63,151 nucleotides of DNA, taken from contig NC_068981.1 of the NCBI RefSeq assembly GCF_001194135.2, forward strand, positions 82,508,263-82,571,413. The letters are read 5' to 3'. This document shows, piece by piece, positions 51,588 through 63,151 of the stretch. A program made the position numbers and the translations under genes. Numbering within the stretch: the stretch's first letter is position 1; every line of letters starts with the position of its first letter. Source of the stretch: Octopus bimaculoides. Lineage: Eukaryota. A model generated the notes under the pieces. It had not been told where the DNA came from and did no database searches. It saw only the letters and a program-made list of their open reading frames with translations.

Positions 51588-53871
51588 CAAACATATTCAC
51601 ACAAACACATCATCACTCATCGATCACTTAATCTCCTGGAAAGGTGTTTTTTCTTTCACATCGATCCACATGCCCACTACAGACCAACATTGTTTCCACA
51701 TAAACAAGCTCTTTTCCTACCAATCCCCTACACTTTTCACTTGCACACATATGCATATATCACATCTCTTCTGTCATCTCAAAGCCTTGATAATCCTATA
51801 ACTTGCGGCTTATTCACACACACTCACACACATCGCCACTTTAACACGCGCATACCGACGCATTTCTTCGTTCCACTCACGTATACCTACACATACATGC
51901 GCGCACGCACACACGTAGATACATGCACAAAACACCAGTCACCAACTGTCTTGTCTTCTGACACTTATGCATATACCCAGCAGCGCTTTCAAATACCATT
52001 TTGTCTACCTGCACACATACTCACACTAGCAATTGCACGTTTCCTCACTCAAACACATTTTTCCTCCCTTGAAATCCATTTTATTTGACAATTCTGCTTC
52101 ACATCTTCTATGACAAGGATTCTTTAACTCACTTACACACACACATACACATACACATTCACACACACATACATACACACACATACACAAATACATGCAC
52201 GCCCACCTTTTCCTCTTTAGCTTATTCTCCATCTCTTACCTCCCTTCCTCATCACTCTTCTATCTCAGATATTTTCTTTCCGTTCGCTATGTTTTTTCTA
52301 CCATATAATTGCATCAACTCTTCCAACCACGTCTTTTGACAAAATTCTCTTCAGTTGATTTTCCAAATTTTCTTCATTGTGAGCTTTACTATTTCAACAT
52401 GTTTATATTCTCATGATGTTCTCTTTATCCTTTCTTCATTATAAACGCCTTAAACTCCGAAACTCCGACATGTGCTTACACATCTATTGTTTGCCTTTCT
52501 AAGTGCATCACTAATTTTCGTTTAACAGGACCTCCCTATAACATGGACATTTCAATCTCTACGGACGTTGCACTAGTTGCGTCGTACTTCACTGGACTTA
52601 TATTTTTTATCAATATGTCATTCTAATTATTTTTCTCTAATATTTTGCTAATTTCTCTCCTATTTTCCCCAATCTTCCAACTGTTTTTCTTTCATCTCTC
52701 TTCACTTCTTGAATTGTTCATTTTTCTCTTTCTTTCCTTCTTTTTTTTTTGTTCTTACTCCCCACGGTTTATACGCTCTGCGTTCACCTTCATCGCACTT
52801 CTCTTGCCCTTCCGTGAGTCTCACAAATTTTCTTCCTTCACAGAACTAATACTATTTGGTAAAAATGTTGTATTTTACTCTCTTCATCTTCTCTTATTCG
52901 TAACCTTCTTCCAAATTACAGCACAGTATTCCGCAAACATTTTAATCCATTTCTATCATATACATTCTTTCTTCCTTATTTCGCATTTGCACTGTTAACG
53001 ACCTTTCTACTTTTCTCACACACTTAACGATTACTTACAAATTCCAAACCTTCACTAACCCATACCAATAGCGTACTTGCATACCTCTACAAAACACATA
53101 TGCAAATAAGCTACGGAACGAGACACACAGCACTTCCATATGCGAATATCAAAATGAGGATATACTCCTACACTTTCGAACATACACCTACCCCTTCTAT
53201 CGCTTTTCGCACCTCAATAGAACCATAATCCCCTCTAATTCTTACATTTTCCCTGTTGTTTTTTTCTTAATCACTTTTTCTCTTTCACACTCCTCCCTTA
53301 GTTACCTTTTATAATTCACGAGAATAATTATGATGAAGGACTGGCATCCAAAAAGTTAAGCCATTTCCCTTCCTTTTGTAAGATTTGAACTCATAGAATA
53401 TTTGTTAAACCTTTTCCACATGTGTTGTCGTATCTTTTGCCTTTGGTCATTGCCTTCAATATATACACATAAGTATATATAAAGATACACACACATATAA
53501 TGCACGCATATACAAACACACACACAGAGACATGTTACCTACATTACATACACATACATGCGCGTGTATGTACGCGTGTGTTCGTGCGCATATATGTGTG
53601 TGTGTATATATGTCTGTATATATATATATATATATATCATGAGAGATGCATAAGTTTATTACATACTTTGTGGCAAAAATACTAACAGTTTAGTGGGAAT
53701 TTGTAATTGAAACATAAACGGGTTGGGGAGACGTTTCAACAGGAATCGAAACGGAAACAATCGCCTTTCGATAAATCGGTGGAGTAGTTGATGAAGAAAC
53801 TCACTGACGTATAGCTTATTCTTTCTCTTCGAATAAATGTAACTTCAGAATAATCAGGCTTTCGGCCAGCA

Positions 53872-53930
<59 letters not shown>

Positions 53931-54397
53931 AGCGCTCCCCCCCCACACACATACATTATAAAAGTTCTGCGATCTGAGAAACAATCTCCAAGAGGTGAAC
54001 CATTCCACATTGATTTTTCATTTGATTTTCCGACATGTCTATTACGAATGCAATAAAGTTATCTTTTACGAGGTCGAAGCTTTATAGAATATGCTTTAAC
54101 AATGAAAAACTAAGCGAACTGAAATCGTTTAAAAAAATAATTTCAATGATCAGAAAAGATGAACAATGAACACAAGAATAAATTGCATTTAAGAATCAAA
54201 TGGTCGTACATAAGAATGTAAAGAGAAAAGTGTAAGAAGAAGGAAAAACACAAAATATTTTATTGCGCAATTGTAAGATATAGCTGCTTGTAGCAAGGCA
54301 TGTCTTGAAATAAAAAGAATAGTCAATTATGCAAATTTTTAGTTTTTCTCCATTTGGGAAAAATTACCAAGGATTTTTGTCCTGGATATCATTAAGG

Positions 54398-54530
54398 TTG
54401 CACCGGACGAAATGATTAGCAGTATTTGTTGCGGTTCTGAGTTCAAATTTCGCCGGATCCAACTTCGCCTTCCTTTGTTTAGGGTTTGATAAAACAAAGT
54501 TGAGCACTAAGTTCAAGTAAGTACCTAATT
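54398..54530 (+). mobile_element. Degenerate SINE family B fragment
   Basis: CCGGACGAAATGATTAGCAGTATTT...TTCTGAGTTCAAATTTCGCCGG. Confidence 0.6.
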
Positions 54531-54591
54531 CCTTCTCCGAAAGTTTCAGGTCTTTACCAGAAAGAATTAATATTACTATTATTGCCATCCG

Positions 54592-54803
54592 TAAGGCAGC
54601 ATGCTGGCAGAATCGTTAGCATGCTGGACGAAATGCTTAGAGGTATTTCCCCCGTCACTACGTTTTGAGTTCAAATTCCACCGAAGTCGATTATGCCTTT
54701 TATTTTTCGCGGTCGATAAATTAAGTACCAGTTCGGCACTGGGAACGGTGTAATCGACTTAACCTCTACCCCAAAATTTCAGGCCTTGTGCCTATAGCAA
54801 AAA

Positions 54804-54859
<56 letters not shown>

Positions 54860-54860
54860 G
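54592..54860 (+). mobile_element. SINE family B with (ATT)n tail
   Basis: TAAGGCAGCATGCTGGCAGAATCGTTAGC...GAGTTCAAATTCC...GTCGATAAATTAAGTACCAG, then (ATT)n. Confidence 0.9.
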
Positions 54861-55559
54861 TGTCAAAACCTGTCAGGCTTTAGTTCGCTCGATATGTATT
54901 TTAAAGAATTACTGAATTTTTCCTGTTTATTATTCTGTGATTGATTTTCCTCTCTTCTTCCATTTTGCTGGAGAACCAACGAGAACTGCAAGATAGAGTT
55001 AGTTTCTTNNNNNNNNNNNNNNNNNNNNNNNNNNNNNNNNNNNNNNNNNNNNNNNNNNNNNNNNNNNNNNNNNNNNNNNNNNNNNNNNNNNNNNNNNNNN
55101 NNNNNNNNNNNNNNNNNNNNNNNNNNNNNNNNNNNNNNNNNNNNNNNNNNNNNNNNNNNNNNNNNNNNNNNNNNNNNNNNNNNNNNNNNNNNNNNNNNNN
55201 NNNNNNNNNNNNNNNNNNNNNNNNNNNNNNNNNNNNNNNNNNNNNNNNNNNNNNNNNNNNNNNNNNNNNNNNNNNNNNNNNNNNNNNNNNNNNNNNNNNN
55301 NNNNNNNNNNNNNNNNNNNNNNNNNNNNNNNNNNNNNNNNNNNNNNNNNNNNNNCAAACAAAGGGCCGTACACACATACACACACACTCACACACACACA
55401 CACATATATACACATATACATGTATATACATACATATATACCAAAACACATAAAAACACACATGTGTTATTCACGAATTTGTCATATCGATTTTCTATCT
55501 ATAAAGACATATTTACGTCAATATGTACAAATAGAAAGAAAAGAAATAGAATTATGTAA

Positions 55560-55594
<35 letters not shown>

Positions 55595-56283
55595 AATTAG
55601 TATATAGAAAATTCGAAAGTTTTTCCTTAATGTTTCCGTGTCTAGAATTCTGATCTAGTCTTCACAACATCACATATTATTTTCTGTCCGTGCTTGTAAT
55701 TGTTTCAATATCATATAATAAATTCCATTTATTTTTAGCGAGTTAGTATTGCGATATGTTTCCTTTGTTTCCCTCTGATCACGTACAAAGCATTACAATT
55801 TAGCAGTCACTGATGCGTAAAAGAACGGCATTTCCACCGAAGACATTAAGCAATCACAAGGACAAAAAGCATGTTTGTTGTAAGAAATGTAAAAACAGTT
55901 GCGAATGCTTTAAAATGTTTCCAAGGATTTCTGTAATGATGTGTCCTGTTAAGAAGAAAACATGTTTTAGTTTAATTGTTGCTTGATCTGAAACGTGAGT
56001 CTGGCTAATTATTGGGAATCTAAATCTTCTGTTTACGATAACCATGCAACTTCGTGTATTTTTTTTCAAAATGTAATGTAGAAATAAAAAACAAAAACAA
56101 AAAAAAAGGTGTCGGACGACAAAAGAAAAAAAGAAAGAAAACGAAAAGAGAAAGTAATATAAATTAGAGGTGGTGGGACAGAAGATTTATAGACTAAATT
56201 GGTATTCACGCACACGTATGCACATGTGCATACACGTGCACAAAACAACGCACACAACAAGGACTGATTTGTTTAAAGATATA

Positions 56284-56355
<72 letters not shown>

Positions 56356-56754
56356 CATATATGCATGCATACATACATACATATATGCATACATACATAC
56401 ACATGCGCGCGCACACACACGTAAAAAGAAAGAAAGTATAGACAGACAGACAAACAGAAGATAGCGATATATAGTTGTCTATCTACATATACCTACACCG
56501 CAGTATCTTTAAAGATGTTGGCAGAGGAAGAGGGAAAGAGAGAGGGGGAGAGACAGAAAGATAGAGAGAGGGGGAGAGAGAAATAGAGAGAGAGAGATAT
56601 ACATCGTTATGTACAGGTGCATGTAGATAGGTAGAGTGACACTGGGATAGGTGGATATGTTAAGTTAGTCAGAAATAAGAACAGAAAGGGGCGCAAATCA
56701 ATGATAATAGATCGACAGATAGGTAAGTAGACAGACAAACAAATCGATCGATCG

Positions 56755-56847
<93 letters not shown>

Positions 56848-57251
56848 GCTTGTGGTATGGAGATTAGTCGGAAGAAAGGTCATTTTTAGTTTAGCAATAG
56901 AGATTTTCCTATGAATCAATCTAAATTGTTACAGGATTCATGAAATCTCACTCAAAAAGTTGTTGGCAACAGAAAATCAGAAACGCCAATTTCATGTTCT
57001 TAGAAATAGAAACCAACTTTCCCTCACGCATACCCTACCGTCATAAATAGGAAGTTGACGCGCTTAACAATTTAGTAGTTTATTATAAATGAAACGATAA
57101 AGAATAAAGTCGTAATAGCTTGAACGCCATGAAATAGTGACAAGGGTTAAAGTAGTACAAAATACAGGAATAATGTGAAATTAGTTGCGAAAGTAACAAC
57201 AAAAGAAGTAGATACTACTACTACTAGTACTACTACTACTACTACTACTAT

Positions 57252-57292
<41 letters not shown>

Positions 57293-57427
57293 TGACTATT
57301 ACTGCTGGTGGTGGGGGTGGCGGTGCTGCTGCTGTCCTCTGTGCTTCTCCTGCTGCTTTTGCTGCTAATAAAAATATTGGTAATGTCAATCACAGGGTTT
57401 CATGCGTCACCGATCCTTCTTCTCATT

Positions 57428-57555
57428 ATTCTTTTCTACTCTAGGCACAAGGCCTAAAATGCTTGAGAAGGGGGCCAGTCGATGAGATCTACTCCAGTGC
57501 GCAACTGATACTTAAAGACTTTTGCAAATATCACGGCAGCTAAGCGATTGGTTAA
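57428..57555 (-). mobile_element. SINE family B, partial
   Basis: TTTTCTACTCTAGGCACAAGGCCTAAAAT...CCAGTGCGCAACTGATACTT is the reverse complement of the family B tail. Confidence 0.75.
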
Positions 57556-57691
57556 CATCTCATTGGAGAATAGAATAGAAAAACAAAGCAAGGCAGCAAA
57601 ATACAGTGCTATATTGAAGAGATGAGGAATTATGTACATTATTTACATTATTTACATTCGACGGATATTTGTCCTGATCTTGTTTGTTGTT

Positions 57692-57737
57692 AACACAACG
57701 TTTCGGCTGATATACCCTCCAGCCTTCATCAGGTGTC
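57692..57737 (-). ncRNA. Minimal type I hammerhead ribozyme, intact core
   Basis: Minus strand GACAC-CTGATGA-A-GGCTG[GAGGGTATAT]CAGCC-GAAA-C-GT-T-GTGTT; predicted cleavage between 57697 and 57696. Confidence 0.8.
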
Positions 57738-57806
57738 TTGGGGAAATTTCGAACCTGGGTTCTCATTCTTGAGGTATTTTTCGATGTTATTATTATTATT
57801 ATTATT

Positions 57807-58131
57807 GTTCAGTAGTTTTATTTTTATAACGTGCTTTCACTTCACTACCGAGCGCAGTTCTGTGCACCTTGGGTATGTGCTGTGGTTTGCTGTGGTGCTC
57901 TTATGTTTNNNNNNNNNNNNNNNNNNNNNNNNNNNNNNNNNNNNNNNNNNNNNNNNNNNNGTGTGCAGTGCCCAGTAGTGCAATTTTCTGTATGTTATAT
58001 ATATTTGTAAGTCCTGGTGTTTTTGTTATGTATTTGTCTGAATATTTTTTTATTATACCTAAGGCACTTACTATGATAGGAATTGTTTCTGTTTTTAGAT
58101 TCCACATTCGAGTTATCTCTATTTCCAGGTC
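57807..58131 (-). mobile_element. 5'-truncated R4/Dong LINE flanked by (AAT)n on both sides
   Basis: DLEIEITRMWNLKTETIPIIVSALGIIKK...IQKIALLGTAH (RLE C-terminus), N gap, then putative 3' UTR running into (AAT)n. Confidence 0.85.
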
Positions 58132-58186
<55 letters not shown>

Positions 58187-58254
58187 GATTATTATTATTA
58201 TTATTCAGGTCACTGATTGGAATGGAACTCGGAATCTTGGCGTTAGTAGCTCAC

Positions 58255-58690
58255 GGGCATATAGCGTAGTGGTTAAGAACGCGGGCTACTAACCCCAAGC
58301 TTCCGAGTTCGATTCCAAGCAGTGACCTGAATAATAATAATAATAATAATAATCTTTTCTACTCAAGCCACAAGGCTCGAAATTTTGCGGGAGGAGCCAG
58401 TGAATTAAATGGATTCCAGTGCACAACTAGTATTTAATTTATTGAACACGAAAGGATGAAAGGCAAAGTCGACCTCATCGGAATTTGGACTCAAAACGTA
58501 AAGACAGACGAAATACCGCTAAGGATTTCGCCCAGCGTGCAAACGTTTCTGCCAGCTCACCTTAGGAATGAGAATCCACGTTCGAAATTTCCTCAAGACA
58601 CTTGATGAAGGCTGGAGGGTATATCAGCGGAAACGTGTTATCAACAAACAAGATAAGAACGAATATCCGTCAAATATAAATAATGCATAT
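58255..58690 (+). mobile_element. Hammerhead retroposon, plus copy: tRNA-like head, (AAT)n, SINE B insert, ribozyme tail with decayed core
   Basis: A box TAGCGTAGTGG (58262-58272), D-stem GCGT/ACGC, B box GAGTTCGATTCC (58305-58316), (ATA)n 58331-58353, tail 58560-58690 with TTGATGA (C3 to U) and a deletion at the cleavage site. Confidence 0.8.
58354..58564 (-). mobile_element. SINE family B inserted in the hammerhead retroposon
   Basis: GAAAGGATGAAAGGCAAAGTCGACC...AAACGTTTCTGCCAGCTCAC is the reverse complement of family B. Confidence 0.9.
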
Positions 58691-60101
58691 ATTTATTTGA
58701 AGGAAAATTAACATGTCACAAAAACAATACAAAAAATCAATAAAAAATACAATCACGAGGTACTATATCCTGAAAGATAACAGTTTTATTTAAGAAGTTG
58801 AAGTGCCTCTCAAAATGGACGAATCCGTACAATAGAATCAGCCTTACAGACAAAGATTTGTAATGTTTGATTCCAAGGTCTGCTGAATAAGGACTACAAA
58901 AATCGTTTCTAAAGAAAGCAAAACTATTTGTATGAAGCAATATTTAAACAGTGATTTTTGTCTTATGCAATTAACGTTTAACCAAAATCTATAGCGGCAA
59001 AAATACTTAGGTGACGGATGGCGCGATTTGTGAACCGCAGTCATCAATCATACGAAAGGAAATGCTTGAGTCATTACCCGTGTGGAGCTTGCATATGCAA
59101 AGGAAATTCCTATGTTCGTATCACACCTACGAGGGCTCTTAGGAATTGAGTTCATAGTATCTATACGTCAAGACCTACTTTCACAAAATCCCAGCCACAG
59201 TGATCAAGTAAAAAAATATATATAACCACTTGCACACATACAATGCGCATGTCCGTACAAAGATATGCAATTACATGCACACACAAGCGCGCGTGCACAC
59301 ACACACATACATACACATACGCACTTACACTGTATTCTATTTCCCTTTCATCCTTTTGTTACACAAATGCACCACCATATATATATATATATAAATGTGT
59401 GTATGTGTGCGTGCGTGGTGTGTTTGTGTGTTTGTATCAGAGAGAGAGAGAGATAGAGGGAGAGAGAAAGAGATAGACAGACAGACAGACAGACAGAAAC
59501 AGAGAGAGAGACACAGAGAGAGAGACAGACAGAGTGAGTGAGTGTGAGTGTGAATATTTATGCACAAAAAGGTACATGAATACCAATGTGTAAATGTTCG
59601 CATTAAAATATACCATGCTCCTATATGCACATGCATACATGCCAACAAGAAAACATAAATTATACATACTAAATTGTTACTAAACTGTAATTGTTTTAGT
59701 CCCACCATTCGTTTTTTTTTTCTCTTCGTTTCTTATTTGTACCTGAATCGCTCGAGATTTTCTTGAATTTTTTTTACCATAATAAACTACGAAACAGAGA
59801 TGAATATATAGAGAATGTAAGAAAGAAGGAAAGGATGAAGGAACAGAGAGAAACATTACTGCAAAACAGTCGACAATGTTTAATACATACAATATATTTA
59901 TACGTCTTTGTAGGTATTAAGTATATGTTTTTACTTACGCTATCTTAAAATGTTCAAAATTTTCACTGAGGTTTTGCATGTAATTTTGAAAAGTCTTGTA
60001 TATTTTTACTGCTTTTTTTTAGAGATTTTATTCGTAATGTGTATGTTACCTAGTCACTTTCTTTGCTTTAAAAACAAACTTTGCAATATTACTGATTAGA
60101 C

Positions 60102-60322
60102 TAAGGCAGCGAGCTGGCAGAATTACCAGCACGCCAGAAAAAATGCTTCACCGCATTTCGTCCAATTTTACGTTCTGAGTTCAAATTTCTCGAAAGCCGA
60201 CTTTGTCTTTCAACATTTGTTGATCGATGAAGTAAATATCAGTTGAGCACTGGAGTCGTTGTAATCGACTAGCCCTATCCCCCAGACGCTTATGCCTTGT
60301 GCTAATACTAAAAAGAATATTA
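60102..60322 (+). mobile_element. SINE family B
   Basis: TAAGGCAGCGAGCTGGCAGAA...TTCTGAGTTCAAATT...GTCGTTGTAATCGACT...GCCTTGTGC. Confidence 0.88.
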
Positions 60323-60589
60323 CCAATTAGTTACTTAGCGGAAAACATTGTCAATGGTTATGAGTGCACCGATAAATATAAAATCGGGATAGCGAAACTG
60401 TATAAATTTAGGTCCTTCTCCATTATTTTCTCGTATTGATGTGAGCAAAAGCGTTCCCAACATAGGCAGCTGACAGTTATAATATACCTTAATTTTCTGT
60501 TCCAAACTACTACGTACGCACGTATGTGTGGATGTACGTATGTATGCATGTATGTATGTATTTATGCATGCATGCATGTATGCATGTAT

Positions 60590-60692
60590 GTCATTGTTCA
60601 GTTTTATTTCAAGATTTCTTGCCAATAGAGAAAGAGGCGTTTTCTAACCTAGATCAGAGGCTCCTTCCTTGGAATTTCAACAACAGGGTATA
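60590..60692 (-). repeat. Short interspersed repeat X, copy 2
   Basis: Reverse complement GAAGGAGCCTCTGATCTAGGTTAGAAAACGCCTCTTTCTCTATTGGCAAGAAAT is homologous to 5154-5260. Confidence 0.75.
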
Positions 60693-60789
60693 TTTGTATG
60701 TATGTATGTATGCATGCATGTATGTATGCATGTATGTATGTATGTATGTATGCATGTATGTGTGCAAATTTGTATGTGTTGCTTAATGT

Positions 60790-61357
60790 ATGTATTCTCA
60801 TGCATATAGTTGCATATCTAGACATGCTCATATAGATTTAAATGATGAACTTCTGAAACGTTTTACAGATTTATACAGTTCCAGTGATGGATTGAACCTG
60901 TAGTCTTCGAATGAGCTTTCTCCTTTCTGGTTTTGAGAAGCCTAATTTCTCAAGATTGGTATTTAGGCAGTGTGTTACATATCCCAGGGCCCCAGTAATT
61001 ACAGGTATAAACCTGAACTTGTAATCTGGATAGAGTAACTGCAGATTTCTCAATAGTTTAGTGTAGGTATTCTCTTTTTCATTGATCTTCATCTTTATAT
61101 TAACAACCGCTGGGCAGCTGATTTCCACAGTTTCTCTTCTCCATCCCAAATCATTATACCAGGTCTGTTGTGCTTATATTTTATTGAAGTCTTCACTGGG
61201 ATATTCCACCAGTACTGCTTTTTATTATGAGTGTGGGTTCTTATTTCTTTGTCCTTGGGGTTAACCTTCCGTCGGATTTCATTATAGAGTGTCCTAGCTA
61301 CAGCATTATGTCTCATTGGTAGATGATACTGTGATGGAATTTTTGGCGAACTGCTCA
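60790..61357 (-). mobile_element. R4/Dong-like LINE, RLE domain fragment (second subfamily)
   Basis: RHNAVARTLY, WWNIPVKTSIKYKHNRPGIMIWD, VEISCP...KINEKENTY...IPVITGALG. Confidence 0.88.
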
Positions 61358-62586
61358 TGATGCATGTATGTAAGTATGTATGTATGTACGTACGTACGTT
61401 TACGTATCTATGTATGTGCGTATGTATTTATATATATATATATATATGTGTGTGTTTGTGTCTGTATGTAGGTAGGTGGGTGGGTGTGTGCGTACGTGTG
61501 TTTTCCGAAGTAAAAAAAAACTGTGCAGGAACCTTGTGAGATTGCAGAAAGGTAATTCATTCCATTCTCAACTCGTAGCAACTGATATCACTACAACGAG
61601 CAAGAGTACACATTGAAATTTTTCTGCCATGGAAAGGCTCACGAAAACTCGGTCAACGACGACCAAATTTGAAATTGAAAATAGGACGATTGTATTTGAT
61701 AGTATAAACACTTCAATGAGGATATTGATAGTCAGTTGCCCTAAATCCACCGTCCACTGTCATTTCTTTAAGAAAAATCCCCTGGTGTATGTAAAATGAG
61801 TGTGCATGCATGTTTTTATGCATGTAAGTGTCCATTTTTGTATGTGTTTATGTATGGAAATATTATGCGTAATGCTTTCAGTTTTCTGATTTATTAGAAT
61901 TATCTCTGGAAGATACAGAGAGAACTGGTTTTTAACAAAGAAACAACTTCTCCGTTATTGATATTTGGAGAACTCATACCTATCAAACAAAACTATTGCT
62001 CCTGAAGTATGTTTTTTTTTTCAGGAATTAATACGCCTGAAAAATATTCTCAAACCAAGCATATCAACCAGGTTGAAGATTTTGTGAAATCTTACCGAAA
62101 ACTTACGGGAATCGGAATTTAGAACAAAAAGAAGAACTGGCAATAAATAAGCACCAAATTTATGAAGGTGAAGGAAAATAAAAGCTGAAACTATTTTCCA
62201 CACAAAGTTATTTCATGCAGTCTGTGACGTGGACAACTTAAGACTCTGAATGTTGTAGTATTCTGCACTCTCATGCTGGACTGGTTAATTACTTGAAGGC
62301 ACAAACAAGTAGACAAATATTCCCTGATGCCTACCATGTAAGTATGCATGCTAGTTAGTCCTTGTAATAAGGCACATTAGCAAATCATAAGGTAATAGAA
62401 AGACGCAAAGTGTTGCCATATATCTAGGAGACTTACAGGTCAGCAATATATATCTTAATAGTACCTTAGACCCTAAAGAAGGGAGTCACTGCTTCTTTAA
62501 GAAGAAAGGAAAATGAATCACAAAAGTTTATATACTTCAGAAAGCGTTTGTCACTTTATAAGCGAGTGTGTGTGTGTGTGTGTGTA

Positions 62587-62636
<50 letters not shown>

Positions 62637-62906
62637 TGTACATGAATGCAGGTCTTAGATTTAATTCAGAAAACGAAAGGGTAGGTGGGAAGAGTGAATT
62701 GGATAAAATAAATAATATTGGCTACAAACTGAAAAGAAATTAAGAAATACAAGACATTCATAATTTTTTAAAATAATTTTAAAGTTATAATTGGCTGCGT
62801 TTAGAAATATATCATATCAGAACGTATAAATGCGTGGACAAGTAAAACTTTTTCTAACTATCTATTCAAATAAAAAAAAGCAGACGTCACATAAATGTGT
62901 GTAAAT

Positions 62907-62949
<43 letters not shown>

Positions 62950-63113
62950 TGTGTAAATGTGTGTGTATACGTATTTAAGCAATTGATTCATTTATAATGT
63001 TGAGCTATAATGAATATATCTAAAATAGAGGCCAGCTGGCGCTCTCGTTCGAATTTTGCCTCAATATATACCTATTTGTTTGAACGCTTACACAAATACA
63101 CACACGTTATCTG

Positions 63114-63146
<33 letters not shown>

Positions 63147-63151
63147 ATATC

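Larger units (their letters stand above)
57603..58254 (-). mobile_element. Hammerhead retroposon, minus copy: truncated tRNA-like head, (AAT)n linker containing a Dong insert, ribozyme tail
   Basis: Head remnant 58205-58254; (AAT)n 58132-58204 and 57787-57806; tail 57603-57786 (CATCGAAAAAATACCTCAAGAATGAGAACCCAGG...). Confidence 0.8.

Noticed and set aside
58255-58330. Possible tRNA gene (apparent ACT anticodon)
   Set aside because: D-stem and boxes are present, but there is no acceptor stem, the T-stem is poor, and it runs into (AAT)n; it is a SINE head.
61568-61750. Hydrophobic ORF with ISNLVVVDRVF, like GPCR TM3
   Set aside because: No other GPCR motifs or supporting exons; likely chance.
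61898-62343. Several splice-like signals with short open frames (for example ILHSHAGLVNYLKAQTSRQIFPDAYH)
   Set aside because: They cannot be joined into a consistent frame, one implied intron is under 20 nt, and no product is recognised.

Overview
Repeat-dense, AT-rich eukaryotic DNA from a draft assembly with 14 N-gaps, most flanked by microsatellites. The SINE families look like those of octopus (inference from recalled consensus sequences, not a search). No host protein-coding gene can be called; there are only two weak candidate exons. The window holds three tRNA-derived SINE families (here called A, B, C), four R4/Dong-clade LINE fragments, one HERO-like and one CR1/L2-group LINE fragment, a Penelope-like element (PLE) remnant with RT and GIY-YIG, two maT-like Tc1/mariner copies, a pogo/Tigger-type MITE and many compound microsatellites. 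The most striking signal is a small composite retroposon: tRNA-like Pol III head, (AAT)n linker, and a tail carrying a minimal type I hammerhead ribozyme with a loopless palindromic stem III. Its tail occurs four times, always as head-to-head inverted pairs (44096-44367 and 57603-58690); two catalytic cores are intact, and one (AAT)n linker has been hit by a Dong LINE. The window also has several near-perfect local inverted duplications. Almost all supplied ORFs are microsatellite or N-gap artefacts. Repeat boundaries are approximate unless stated as exact.
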